A DNA stretch of 64,000 bases. Origin: Escherichia phage HY126. Positions within the stretch are counted from its first letter, which is position 1, and each line of letters starts with the position of its first letter. Under the pieces are notes generated by a model, which was not told where the DNA came from, did not search any database, and worked only from the letters and a program-made list of their open reading frames with translations. This document shows, one piece after another, positions 27,174 through 36,049 of the stretch. The stretch lies in the sequence record PP658200.1. One strand, written 5' to 3'. The position numbers and the translations under genes were made by a program.

Positions 27174-27847
27174 TATAAAACCTCAATGGCATTTCGTAAA
27201 CCATCAGCTTTTGCATTCAGAGCTTTTAATGATTTAGTTTGTTCTGCAATCTGGGCTTCGACTTCTTTCAGGCGAGATTTGAGATATTCGCGTTCTTCTC
27301 TTAAGTTATCAACTTTTTCTGCTTTAGGCTCTTTAATAGGCTTATACTCGTTAGGGTTCTTCAACTTAATTTGAATGCGAGAACTGTATAACATTGAACC
27401 ATTATCTTCGGTTTCATCATACATTTCTACCACGTCCATGATTCTTAACATCATGCGAAGTTTATAAGACAGCGAACGAATGGTTTTGTTGTGCTTATTA
27501 ATTTCTTCGGCTTTCATGGTACCGAGATTACGTGAGTAGTAATAAGGAACCTGGATATCAATTGATAATGATGCGGTACCATTACCTGTTGGTTTGAACA
27601 CTGCAGTAACCCAATCTTTAGCATGAACTGTATTTGTACGATCATCGCCACCTGTGAATAATTTACGTGAATGTTTAAAAAGCATATTCACTTGGTTATT
27701 GAATTCACAAGCAAATTTATCAGCAAATTTAGTTTCAGGAATGGTAGATAACCAATCAGCCAAATGAGTCTTTTTAACATCATTAACAATAGTGAATTCA
27801 ACCAAATCAGTTTTAGATGTCACAGATTTAATAAAGCTCGGCTTCAT
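27173..27847 (-). CDS. Paralog 1 of tandem family (C-terminal 224 aa from internal ATG); N-terminal region open but start codon is ACG
   Basis: In-frame extension of 95 codons upstream to a TAA at 28135..28133 contains no ATG/GTG/TTG; at the position where paralog 2 has ATG (SD GAGGAA + 6 nt) this copy has ACG at 28117..28115. Confidence 0.5.
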   Translation of the reverse strand: MKPSFIKSVTSKTDLVEFTIVNDVKKTHLADWLSTIPETKFADKFACEFNNQVNMLFKHSRKLFTGGDDRTNTVHAKDWVTAVFKPTGNGTASLSIDIQVPYYYSRNLGTMKAEEINKHNKTIRSLSYKLRMMLRIMDVVEMYDETEDNGSMLYSSRIQIKLKNPNEYKPIKEPKAEKVDNLREEREYLKSRLKEVEAQIAEQTKSLKALNAKADGLRNAIEVL

Positions 27848-28145
27848 AAAGTTTTTAATGTTATCGCGAGCTACAGTAGAAGATAATAAACGAGAACGTT
27901 TGAACCAATGAAGCAGTGTCCCTAATGAATGAGAATACGCATTCTGAGTATCTTTACAGATATGATTTTCTTGGCCTGTGTATGTACCAAAATCGCGAAG
28001 AATACCACTTACTACAACTCGGTGTGGAACATCAAATCCTAATGAACCAGAAGCACGTTGGGCATGAACGTTAGCGATAAGACCTGCAAAATAATCAATG
28101 TAATGTGAACGTGTCGTAATATTTTCCTCTCGTTAAGATAGAAAG

Positions 28146-28175
28146 ATTATACTCCAACCATCCTTGGTTGTAAAC
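28146..28175 (-). promoter_or_regulatory. Promoter/stem-loop cassette (GTTTACA, hairpin CAACCA-agga-TGGTTG, TATAAT)
   Basis: Minus sense GTTTAC-18-TATAAT directly after the stop of 28180..29115; repeated at 29142 and 30202. Confidence 0.5.
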
Positions 28176-28179
28176 TGAT

Positions 28180-29115
28180 TTATGATTTTAATGCATTCAT
28201 TGCGTTAAAAAGTTTAGAGTACTGCAACTGGAGCTTGGTAACTACTTGTTGAGCATCACGAAGCTTAGCTTGTGCTTTGTCAAGTTCAACAGACAGTTGG
28301 TCCACAGTGGCTTTGATTTGATTATAATAGTAATCTTCGGCAGGAAGAAGACCGTTAGAGATTTCCAGTTTAGTCGACGGTGAAGTGTATATAGATGGAG
28401 CAGTAAAATATGCACCTTGAACTTCAGCATTGCCAATTGGGGTTGTAGTAATTGACGCTTCGAACGTTGCATTTTCCTTTTTAAGATTTTGATAGTATTC
28501 AGAGTCTTTGTGCCACCATGGCGCAGGAACCTTTTTACCAATAGATACACGAGCCTGGATAGCGATATGGCCCTTATTCTTGATAGGGTTGATAATATTA
28601 AGCTCACGAGAATAAATTGCTTTAATCTGGTGGATATTATCACCTAAAACTTCCAACGCTTGATGGAATACACGAGCAACGTTATCATTCTTAGGTTTAT
28701 ACGTAAGAGTGAACTCGTTCTCACTGATAACCATGATTTCTAACTTATCGTAAGTATATTTCAAATGTTTCATGTTAATTGCTTGAGGACGAATACGAGA
28801 AGCAATGGCCATCAGATTGTTAAGGTTATTCCTGAACTGCTTAGCGAAATATTGCCCTTCACCGCCAATACAAAAATTACGAAGTTTCTGTTTGGCTAAT
28901 AAACGGCTGAACTCACCATTTTTAATGAACTCTTTAACGGGTGTGTTAGTAACGCATTCAAATTGAGTAAACTTACGAGAATTAATCCCATAATATGAAC
29001 AGATTTCCTCAATCTCTTCAGGAGTCTTTACAGGCATACGGATAGGATTAGGTCCTGGGGTATATGCGTTCGAGGTAAATTCTTTGATAAGTTCTCTACG
29101 TGTAATAGAAGCCAT
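28180..29115 (-). CDS. Paralog 2 of tandem family, coiled-coil C-terminus
   Basis: ORF track 311 aa; MASITRRELIKEF...; homologous blocks with paralogs 1 and 3. Confidence 0.6.
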   Translation of the reverse strand: MASITRRELIKEFTSNAYTPGPNPIRMPVKTPEEIEEICSYYGINSRKFTQFECVTNTPVKEFIKNGEFSRLLAKQKLRNFCIGGEGQYFAKQFRNNLNNLMAIASRIRPQAINMKHLKYTYDKLEIMVISENEFTLTYKPKNDNVARVFHQALEVLGDNIHQIKAIYSRELNIINPIKNKGHIAIQARVSIGKKVPAPWWHKDSEYYQNLKKENATFEASITTTPIGNAEVQGAYFTAPSIYTSPSTKLEISNGLLPAEDYYYNQIKATVDQLSVELDKAQAKLRDAQQVVTKLQLQYSKLFNAMNALKS

Positions 29116-29141
29116 TTTATATTCCTCATGTTGAAAAATTT

Positions 29142-29170
29142 ATTATACTCCAACCATCCTTGGTTGTACA
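29142..29170 (-). promoter_or_regulatory. Promoter/stem-loop cassette
   Basis: Minus sense TGTACA-17-TATAAT with CAACCA/TGGTTG hairpin; near-identical to 28146 copy. Confidence 0.5.
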
Positions 29171-30166
29171 TCATTCCTTAAGAAGTTTTACTACCTGAAT
29201 AAGATTAGCTCGTTCTGTTTTATTTTTACTGTTTAAGCCTGCTAATCGTGAGATTTCATCGTCAGTCTGTTGAATAGTTACATTAAGTTCGTTAATCAAA
29301 GCTTCAAAGTATTTGATTTGCTCAGCATGTTTTGATTCGAATTTCTGAACCGGAATAACGTCTTGGTTTAGTTCATCAATAAGGTCTTTAAGAGCATCTT
29401 CTTGGTTGATATCATATTCAACTTCTTTTATTTCTTCAACGAGCTCGTCTTTATATCTAACGTCTTTTAGTCCTGGTGCTGGTCCTGAAATCTCTTCTTT
29501 AAGAGTACAAACATATCCAATACGGTATCCAATGCTGTCTCGCTTGATATCAACTTCGTCAATAAATCCACAATGTTTAAGACCAGAGCCGATTAGGTCA
29601 AAATATCCTTGACGTCGTCCTTCAAACGTTACACGAACTACTAAGACAGTTTTACCTGCGACCTTTTGAAGCTCACATTTATAAAAGTCTGTTGAACCTG
29701 AATAACGTGGATGAGTTTTAAAGTTCATCTGACGATCTAGGCCCATTTGTAAGCGTGCTGATACGGCCATAAAACGTGTTTGGTTCTCGTTAAGATGTGC
29801 AACAATCCATTTCAAAGGCATTTTACACTGTTCACGGCCGAACAAATCAGTACGTCCTAGATTACGCAGGATGTTGTTAGAGTTAATCATCGACAGAACG
29901 TTAAGTTTATTCAGCGCGCTGAAGATTCCATCAGCCATTGATTTTCCGTAACCTTTACACGCTTTAATAAGCGCTCGCGGTAGATTAGTATAGATTTCAG
30001 ATGGCATATGAAAATCAAATTTACTAGTCAGTAATTGATGAACTTGGATAGCAATTTGCTCATAATTAAGTGCTCTGCGATCATTATGGTCTTTAAACCA
30101 CACTTTAATCTGTGAAGCACATAAACCGTTAATTTCATGTTTTACCGCATCAGATGTAATGCTCAT
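29171..30166 (-). CDS. Paralog 3 of tandem family, coiled-coil C-terminus
   Basis: ORF track 331 aa; MSITSDAVKHEING... Confidence 0.6.
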   Translation of the reverse strand: MSITSDAVKHEINGLCASQIKVWFKDHNDRRALNYEQIAIQVHQLLTSKFDFHMPSEIYTNLPRALIKACKGYGKSMADGIFSALNKLNVLSMINSNNILRNLGRTDLFGREQCKMPLKWIVAHLNENQTRFMAVSARLQMGLDRQMNFKTHPRYSGSTDFYKCELQKVAGKTVLVVRVTFEGRRQGYFDLIGSGLKHCGFIDEVDIKRDSIGYRIGYVCTLKEEISGPAPGLKDVRYKDELVEEIKEVEYDINQEDALKDLIDELNQDVIPVQKFESKHAEQIKYFEALINELNVTIQQTDDEISRLAGLNSKNKTERANLIQVVKLLKE

Positions 30167-30201
30167 AACTATTTCCTCAGATTGAATTGGAACTCAAAAC
30201 C

Positions 30202-30224
30202 ATTATAACCCATCCTTGGGTAAA
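30202..30224 (-). promoter_or_regulatory. Promoter/stem-loop cassette (degenerate)
   Basis: TTACC, hairpin ACCCA-agga-TGGGT, TATAAT on minus strand. Confidence 0.4.
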
Positions 30225-30228
30225 GCGT

Positions 30229-30756
30229 TTATGCGTGAACCGTCTTTAAACGTTCTTCAAATTTCCGAAGAGTACTAATACGTTCTGATTTCTGTTTTGT
30301 ATAGTTTGCAATACGTTCTGAAGTGAGAGCGTATCGTTCATTTACTGTTTCTTTCATGAAGTCAGGGATTTCACGAGAAGCTTTAATTTCATCAAACTTA
30401 TCGAGTACTGCCTGGTCTTCAGCGATTAAATTTTCGTACATCTCGATATCTTTCTTGATAAACTCGATATCTTCCTGGGTTACTTTGGATAAACGAGATG
30501 CTTTATCCTTTTTGTACTGCTCGTTAGTTTCACGAGACCAGAATAATGTACGTTTTTTGTTAGTGTTTTTATAGACTTCCACAATTCCAACTGAATCGAT
30601 GATAGCAATCCAATTCCAGCGAGATTTGAAAATCTGACCTCCGTCCACGGTAATCTCGTTACCATAAGCAACGTCATTAAAGAACTTGCTTTGTGCTTCA
30701 GATTTAAATTTACCGTCGTTATAATTTACCAGGTTGAAAATATCTTTAGCGTTCAT
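30229..30756 (-). CDS. Hypothetical protein
   Basis: ORF track 175 aa; GGAGGT SD. Confidence 0.55.
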   Translation of the reverse strand: MNAKDIFNLVNYNDGKFKSEAQSKFFNDVAYGNEITVDGGQIFKSRWNWIAIIDSVGIVEVYKNTNKKRTLFWSRETNEQYKKDKASRLSKVTQEDIEFIKKDIEMYENLIAEDQAVLDKFDEIKASREIPDFMKETVNERYALTSERIANYTKQKSERISTLRKFEERLKTVHA

Positions 30757-30774
30757 GTTTTACCTCCAGTAGTT

Positions 30775-30812
30775 GATAGGTCTATAATATCATAACCATA
30801 GACCTTGTAAAC
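30775..30812 (-). promoter_or_regulatory. Promoter/stem-loop cassette
   Basis: Minus sense GTTTAC-17-TATTAT; inverted repeat AGGTCTAT/ATAGACCT brackets the -10. Confidence 0.5.
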
Positions 30813-30814
30813 AA

Positions 30815-31102
30815 CTAAAAGAAACTTTTTTCGGTATTTTTTCCACTGAACCAAACAGACTTCGGGATTTTTTGTAATTTTTCAGATTTAAGTTTCTCTT
30901 CCTGTTCTTTCTTATATACAGCCTTGTCGTACTGGAGCATCTCTATGGCATTCTTTTGTAGACGGTCTAAGGTAATTAAGGCTTTAGTTTTTCCTTTCAA
31001 GGAAGAGTCCTGGCGAACCTCCTCGCTATATTGCATTGTAGAACTAACCATACGATGAGCATAGAGTTCTACTGCGGCTTTAATTTTTTGCATAAAATCC
31101 AT
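30815..31102 (-). CDS. Hypothetical protein
   Basis: ORF track 95 aa. Confidence 0.5.
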   Translation of the reverse strand: MDFMQKIKAAVELYAHRMVSSTMQYSEEVRQDSSLKGKTKALITLDRLQKNAIEMLQYDKAVYKKEQEEKLKSEKLQKIPKSVWFSGKNTEKSFF

Positions 31103-31240
31103 AACATATCCTCTTTGATTTGTACATCATTATTTTTAAATATTTCTATGCCCTCAGTAGGTTCCTGGTGTCCTTCTTTGAGGTAAGCCATATGATTATT
31201 CATCTTTATGGCTTTTGTTACCTCAGAACTTCCTATAAGC

Positions 31241-32242
31241 TTATTTCAGTAAAGTTACTTCGGAGATTTCTTCCCAACCATCTTTATCAGTTGAAATAAA
31301 ATCTGCTACATAAAGAGCCGTACGTAACGATACATTGCGAAGACGAGATACGTTAGCCTTCATCCAGGACAATGCTTTATACGTTTCTGCATCCGTCAGA
31401 CCACGTTTCTGCATCATGTCAGTAGATAATATTACATCTTCAACTCGAACCATAATCTCTTCATTAGAGTGTACTCCAAGGTCGAGATACACTGAACGAG
31501 ATACTAAAGCTTGAAGGTGTGGGGCAAGTTTCGAACCGCGTTCTAACTCTTTATCGATATCAACGTTTGTAATGAAAACGATAGTACCTTCAAACTCAAA
31601 TTCTTTATCAATACCCTTATCATCGAGATAAGATGACGCAGTGCTCCAGCAAACTTTGCGTTTATCTCCAGTATCTAATGCTGCTTTAAGAAGGTTCAAG
31701 ATGTCCATATCCGAGAATACGTCAACGTCGTCGATTAAGAGAACGCTGTCTGCATCACGGTTGAGCCAAAGTTGTTCGTAAAGGCCAATACCGGAGATTT
31801 TACCATTAATGCTTTTGTATTTGATGAAACCGTTATCATTAGCATTATTAAGTGCTTTATCCAGAGAATACGTCTTACCAATACCAGCTGCACCTGAAAT
31901 AATGAGTGAACGAATTTTGCCATCGATAATGCCATTCGTCATCATGTTCATTACTTTAAAGCGTTTGTTGATACGAGTTTTCATATCTTCAGTGCTTTCA
32001 ACAACTGCAACTGGTGACGTCTCAACTCCTTCCATTACGATGTCTGATTTGAAGACCCATACTCCACGTTCAGAACCATCAATCATAACGAAAATTTTAC
32101 CATCACCTAAGTGGGAACATTCAGGATTAAGCTTTGCCGGGAACCAGGTCTTTGTGGCAACATAAGAACCAGAGATTTCGTTATTACGATAGATACCTTT
32201 TTTGATTTGAACGTTGAACATTTTATTCTCCAATTTACTCAT
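31241..32242 (-). CDS. AAA+/P-loop ATPase of unknown function
   Basis: ORF track 333 aa; Walker A SGAAGIGKTY, Walker B VLLIDDVD, sensor-like FITN. Confidence 0.6.
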   Translation of the reverse strand: MSKLENKMFNVQIKKGIYRNNEISGSYVATKTWFPAKLNPECSHLGDGKIFVMIDGSERGVWVFKSDIVMEGVETSPVAVVESTEDMKTRINKRFKVMNMMTNGIIDGKIRSLIISGAAGIGKTYSLDKALNNANDNGFIKYKSINGKISGIGLYEQLWLNRDADSVLLIDDVDVFSDMDILNLLKAALDTGDKRKVCWSTASSYLDDKGIDKEFEFEGTIVFITNVDIDKELERGSKLAPHLQALVSRSVYLDLGVHSNEEIMVRVEDVILSTDMMQKRGLTDAETYKALSWMKANVSRLRNVSLRTALYVADFISTDKDGWEEISEVTLLK

Positions 32243-32250
32243 TTCGTTTC

Positions 32251-32288
32251 GATAGGTCTATAATAACATATCCTAAAAGCATGTACAC
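32251..32288 (-). promoter_or_regulatory. Promoter cassette
   Basis: GATAGGTCTATAATAACA...TGTACAC motif (minus sense GTGTACA ... TTATTATAGACCTATC). Confidence 0.45.
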
Positions 32289-32317
32289 CACTTTTTTAAA
32301 TATTTTAACCCCCTAAA

Positions 32318-32333
32318 GGGACCCGAAGGTCCC
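32318..32333 (-). terminator. Stem-loop GGGACC-UUCG-GGUCCC immediately 3' of 32339..32620
   Basis: 6-bp GC-rich stem with UUCG loop 5 nt after the stop; U tract weak (UUUAGGGGG). Confidence 0.4.
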
Positions 32334-32338
32334 CACAT

Positions 32339-32620
32339 TTACTTATCGCACTTAGCAACATAATTAGGCATATCACAGAATACGGAGCGAGTAACTACTC
32401 GGCCCTTTGACCATGCTTCAGTTGCTTGTCCGGCGGTGCTATTAATATAGCTTGATCTAATGTTCTCAATACCCTGAGAATGTGATGCATTTACCGAACC
32501 ATTAGAAGGCCCAGAAGACTGGTTACCACCAGCTCCTGCACTACCGCCAGCAGCACCCGTGGTAGCACCAACAGAGAACGCCATCATTACTGCGAATAAA
32601 CCAATTACTAATTTTTTCAT
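32339..32620 (-). CDS. Small secreted Gly/Ser-rich protein
   Basis: ORF track 93 aa; N-terminal signal peptide MKKLVIGLFAVMMAFSVGA, low-complexity Gly/Ala/Ser region. Confidence 0.55.
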   Translation of the reverse strand: MKKLVIGLFAVMMAFSVGATTGAAGGSAGAGGNQSSGPSNGSVNASHSQGIENIRSSYINSTAGQATEAWSKGRVVTRSVFCDMPNYVAKCDK

Positions 32621-32651
32621 ATTTACCTCAAGTTAATGGTTATTTATCTAC

Positions 32652-33641
32652 TTATTTATAGTAAGAATTATGATTTTCGAGATAGACTTGTTCAAGGAAG
32701 TCATCCCAGAAACTCATATCTACTTTTTGTTGCATACCGTTCTTGGCAGCTTGTTCTGACGCATGTTCAACTTGGTCAACGATATCTTCTAGGAATTCTT
32801 GTACAGTTTTAAACGTATGTTTACCAAGCTTAACATCGAGAATAAATGGAGCATCCTGAAGTGGGTAAACCAGGTCGCCGGTTTTGTAAATTTCCAATAA
32901 TTGAAGTCCACCACGACATGCATGACTCAATGCTTTCCAGTCAATACCTTCGTTAGCTTCTGCCTTACGAGCACGTTCGCCATAGTTCTCTTCCAGTTTA
33001 ACCAGGATGGCATTGAACTCTTTATTGGTTAACGTATCTTGGAATTTACGGTCTAACAGATTATAGAATGTTTGCTTACCTGTTTTCTCGTTTTCGGTTT
33101 CAACCCATGAAGCAAATTCACCTACAGGCAGAACATTCTTCATATGTGATAAACGAATTACTGCACCGTTATCAAAGTATTGTCCCCATTCATTAGAACG
33201 TTTAAGGGCTTGACGAAGAACAGCCAGTCGAGAACCCTTGACACCATATTTAGAAGCTTGCTTACGGACATACCCTAAATAAGATTTCATGTTAGTAGTA
33301 TAGAAACGAGACCTGTTATCTTGAATATACTTCCATACATCAGGCAAATCAGATTTAACTACTAGACTTTGTGGAGTGTGAAGCATATCTAATGCGACGG
33401 TTTCACCGTCTGCAGCTAGTTTAAAGAAATATTTGAGACTATACAACTCATGGTCCACGTCGTCTTTTGTGTTCTTAGAAGCAGTGTTGTTAGTGTTCTT
33501 GCTCATGTGTTCTTTAACGTTACCGGTCAAGATATCACGAGCATGAGGGACATAAATTTCTTTAAAATCGACGTCAGATTCAGGAGTAGACGTTCCATAA
33601 AGGTGGCTACCAAAGTAAGCCTTAACAATCGTTTTCATCAT
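32652..33641 (-). CDS. Nucleotidyltransferase-fold protein (pol-beta superfamily)
   Basis: ORF track 329 aa; YFGSHLYGTSTPESDVDF (GS-x11-DxD) plus downstream VALDML carboxylate strand. Confidence 0.6.
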   Translation of the reverse strand: MMKTIVKAYFGSHLYGTSTPESDVDFKEIYVPHARDILTGNVKEHMSKNTNNTASKNTKDDVDHELYSLKYFFKLAADGETVALDMLHTPQSLVVKSDLPDVWKYIQDNRSRFYTTNMKSYLGYVRKQASKYGVKGSRLAVLRQALKRSNEWGQYFDNGAVIRLSHMKNVLPVGEFASWVETENEKTGKQTFYNLLDRKFQDTLTNKEFNAILVKLEENYGERARKAEANEGIDWKALSHACRGGLQLLEIYKTGDLVYPLQDAPFILDVKLGKHTFKTVQEFLEDIVDQVEHASEQAAKNGMQQKVDMSFWDDFLEQVYLENHNSYYK

Positions 33642-34111
33642 TTAGCCTTATATTCAAGAGTAGGACAGACTTTTTCTTTACGAGCTTTAAGGTATTCACC
33701 TATTAATGATTTCTTACGTTCAATAGGCTCAAGTCCATTTTTAATTCGTTCTTGGTTTTGCGCAATGAGCTCAATTTCTTTATAATATTTTCTGTCGTTA
33801 TATTTGTCTAACAACCAAGACGGACCAATTACCGCCCCGACAGCAATAAGAACCATTACTGATATTGTTAAAATGCCTATACCAATTGAAGCAGGAACTA
33901 ATGTCCATAAACTACTAAAGACAAAGAATTTAGTTAAAATTTCTTGGCCAATGATTGCGGCACCTGCTAAAGTTGCAAATCCAACAATTGAAACAGCTAA
34001 TACCGGAATAAACGTTTTCCAAAAATAAGCACATAGCGTTTTTGGACGATTCCACGTACTATTGAACGCGGCATAAATTTTAAAGTGCCAAGAGTTTTCA
34101 TTGATAATCAT
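33638..34111 (-). CDS. Multi-pass membrane protein
   Basis: ORF track 157 aa; three hydrophobic helices. Confidence 0.55.
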   Translation of the reverse strand: MIINENSWHFKIYAAFNSTWNRPKTLCAYFWKTFIPVLAVSIVGFATLAGAAIIGQEILTKFFVFSSLWTLVPASIGIGILTISVMVLIAVGAVIGPSWLLDKYNDRKYYKEIELIAQNQERIKNGLEPIERKKSLIGEYLKARKEKVCPTLEYKAK

Positions 34112-34120
34112 AATAATTCC

Positions 34121-34651
34121 TTATTTCAAAGTCGGGATAATAGAATCAAGATAAGCTTTAAGAGCAACTGCTTCATCTTTGTCTAATGTAATGATATGTT
34201 GACGAAGGTCATCAATTTGACGAATAACTACGACATCACCATCTTCATAAGAAGGATTAACGCTCAGGACTGTTGTATAGTCAGGGCGGTCCTGATTTGT
34301 AATAAAAGCATTACGACATTTAGCCCATTGAAGTTTGGCCTTTTTGACTGTTTCAGATTCCATGAATTCTTTCACTTTAGTGACGAATGTTTTCCAATTA
34401 TTAATAGAAAAACATTCGTCTTCAGTTTCGATATTAACCCCACTATAAAGTCCGTGATAAAAACGAACTTGAAGGTCTTCATCAATGTTAATTACAGATG
34501 CATGGCCTGGCGGATTGAGTTTCAAAATCTTGTCTAGTTCCATAGGAAGAATAGTAACAGCATCATCTTCTTGCGTCAGAACGTAAGCATAACCGCGTTT
34601 TTCAATACATAAATCACCGAACAACTCTGTTGTTTCAATTACAGTTTTCAT
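34121..34651 (-). CDS. Hypothetical protein
   Basis: Track ORF starts at TTG 34663; first ATG is 34651 (MKTVIETTELF...). Confidence 0.55.
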   Translation of the reverse strand: MKTVIETTELFGDLCIEKRGYAYVLTQEDDAVTILPMELDKILKLNPPGHASVINIDEDLQVRFYHGLYSGVNIETEDECFSINNWKTFVTKVKEFMESETVKKAKLQWAKCRNAFITNQDRPDYTTVLSVNPSYEDGDVVVIRQIDDLRQHIITLDKDEAVALKAYLDSIIPTLK

Positions 34652-34652
34652 A

Positions 34653-34832
34653 TTATTCACCAATTAAAGTTTCAACAAAATTCACCAAAGCATTCTGGCA
34701 AGCGTCAACCTGATTTTCATAAAAGTCTTCGTTATCATTTACCGCATGATAAGCGACATCATTCAAATCTGAATCGGCTTCACGTAAGTCACGGATAAGG
34801 TCCATCAATTTATTAGCTTGTTCACGTGTCAT
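34653..34832 (-). CDS. 59-aa acidic protein (MTREQANKLMDLIRDLREADSDLNDV...)
   Basis: Hand-translated; stop 1 nt before next ATG. Below ORF-track cutoff. Confidence 0.4.
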   Translation of the reverse strand: MTREQANKLMDLIRDLREADSDLNDVAYHAVNDNEDFYENQVDACQNALVNFVETLIGE

Positions 34833-34958
34833 TTTACCATACTCGTTTCAATAAGATTCACTATGCCGTTTACCATGTTATAAGTAAACATCGGATAATT
34901 GTATTGTACTACAACATAAGCGATAAGCAAAAGTTTCATTTTGTTCTCCGTTTGTTTT

Positions 34959-34997
34959 GATAGGACTACTATAACATAGTCCTACCAAGATGTAAAC
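34959..34997 (-). promoter_or_regulatory. Promoter/stem-loop cassette
   Basis: Minus sense GTTTAC-18-TATAGT; inverted repeat TAGGACTA/TAGTCCTA around the -10; -35 abuts the stop of 34997..35233. Confidence 0.5.
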
Positions 34998-35233
34998 TAC
35001 CGATTGTGTTTTAAATGTTGATAAAGTTCTTCAACTTGTTTAGGGTCCAAAACAATTAAGTCATTTTCTTGACGAAGATAAATCCATCCCTTATCCCCAG
35101 GGCCATTTTTACAAAACATCACCGTCGTCATATCGTCATCTTCAGCGCTTTCAGGTAAAAGTTCAAGTACACCGTCTTCAGATTTTCCAGTATAATCGTA
35201 AAGCATAATATCCTCACATAATCTCGTTAACAT
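34997..35233 (-). CDS. Hypothetical acidic protein
   Basis: ORF track 78 aa. Confidence 0.45.
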   Translation of the reverse strand: MLTRLCEDIMLYDYTGKSEDGVLELLPESAEDDDMTTVMFCKNGPGDKGWIYLRQENDLIVLDPKQVEELYQHLKHNR

Positions 35234-35393
35234 ACATTTGCAATTCGGTGTGGGCTTCAGCCATCTTTTTCATAGCTCTGTTAATGTCGATGTCTCTATC
35301 TTCGCAACCATGAGCATTTTCCCAATCAGATACCGCATTAGCGTACTCTTCAATCAAAAACATTAACTTAGAAATTTTTTCTTTACGTGTCAT
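35214..35393 (-). CDS. Hypothetical protein (rI.-1 position)
   Basis: Track ORF trimmed to ATG 35393 (MTRKEKISKLMF...) preceded by GGAG. Confidence 0.45.
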   Translation of the reverse strand: MTRKEKISKLMFLIEEYANAVSDWENAHGCEDRDIDINRAMKKMAEAHTELQMYVNEIM

Positions 35394-35400
35394 AACGTTC

Positions 35401-35448
35401 TCCTCTAGTAAGTAAGGACTACTATAACACAACCTGAGGAGAAGTAAA
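35401..35448 (-). promoter_or_regulatory. Promoter/stem-loop cassette with SD in 3' arm
   Basis: Minus sense GTTTAC-ttct-CCTCAGG...TTATAGT...CTAGAGG then ATG; imperfect repeat. Confidence 0.45.
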
Positions 35449-35459
35449 CTGCTAAATGC

Positions 35460-35488
35460 CAAAAAGCCCCAACCATAAGGAAGGGGCT
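35460..35488 (-). terminator. Rho-independent terminator 3' of rI
   Basis: mRNA-sense AGCCCC-12 nt loop-GGGGCU followed by U6, 7 nt after the rI stop. Confidence 0.65.
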
Positions 35489-35494
35489 AGTAAA

Positions 35495-35797
35495 TTAGAT
35501 AGATGTAGGCTCTAATTTTATTTTCATGAACTCGGCAAATTGTCTGGCGGTTTTTATGCCTTGTTCATGACATTCAAATGCATCATCACAGGGGCTATTT
35601 TTGTAATGCTTTGCCATATACTTATAGAATTTTTCAGAATTCTCGACATTTTGAATTTCAAACAAAGTATATACGTTTTTAATCCCTGATTCCATAAAGT
35701 TATCAAAATATGGGTCGATATGTGCAGTACCAACGATAGGAGTTGTTGCTGCAAAAAACCCCAGCATCGCTATGACAGCTATCGCTCTTAAGGCCAT
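35495..35797 (-). CDS. rI: Lysis-inhibition regulator RI (periplasmic antiholin partner)
   Basis: ORF track 100 aa; signal-anchor plus DPYFDNFMESGIKNVY...CDDAFEC matching T4 RI. Confidence 0.85.
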   Translation of the reverse strand: MALRAIAVIAMLGFFAATTPIVGTAHIDPYFDNFMESGIKNVYTLFEIQNVENSEKFYKYMAKHYKNSPCDDAFECHEQGIKTARQFAEFMKIKLEPTSI

Positions 35798-35809
35798 ATA
35801 GGCCTCCTG

Positions 35810-36022
35810 TTAATTTTGGCCAGTATTTATTTTTCGCCTTTGGACGGCCTTAACATCTGTGAGGTATTTTTCCAGCTTGCGCTTGCGTGTATAATCAGCT
35901 TTAGAACCAGTTTGACGGATATCCTCGTTTAAATGAGAAATAGAATGTCCTAATTCTCTTCGGATTTCATCCAATTGGGTTACAGTAAGATTACGAAGTT
36001 GTCTTTCGTTTAATTGCTGCAT
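35810..36022 (-). CDS. Hypothetical basic protein
   Basis: ORF track 70 aa. Confidence 0.5.
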   Translation of the reverse strand: MQQLNERQLRNLTVTQLDEIRRELGHSISHLNEDIRQTGSKADYTRKRKLEKYLTDVKAVQRRKINTGQN

Positions 36023-36049
36023 ATATACCTCTTGGTTAGATATTAGTAT

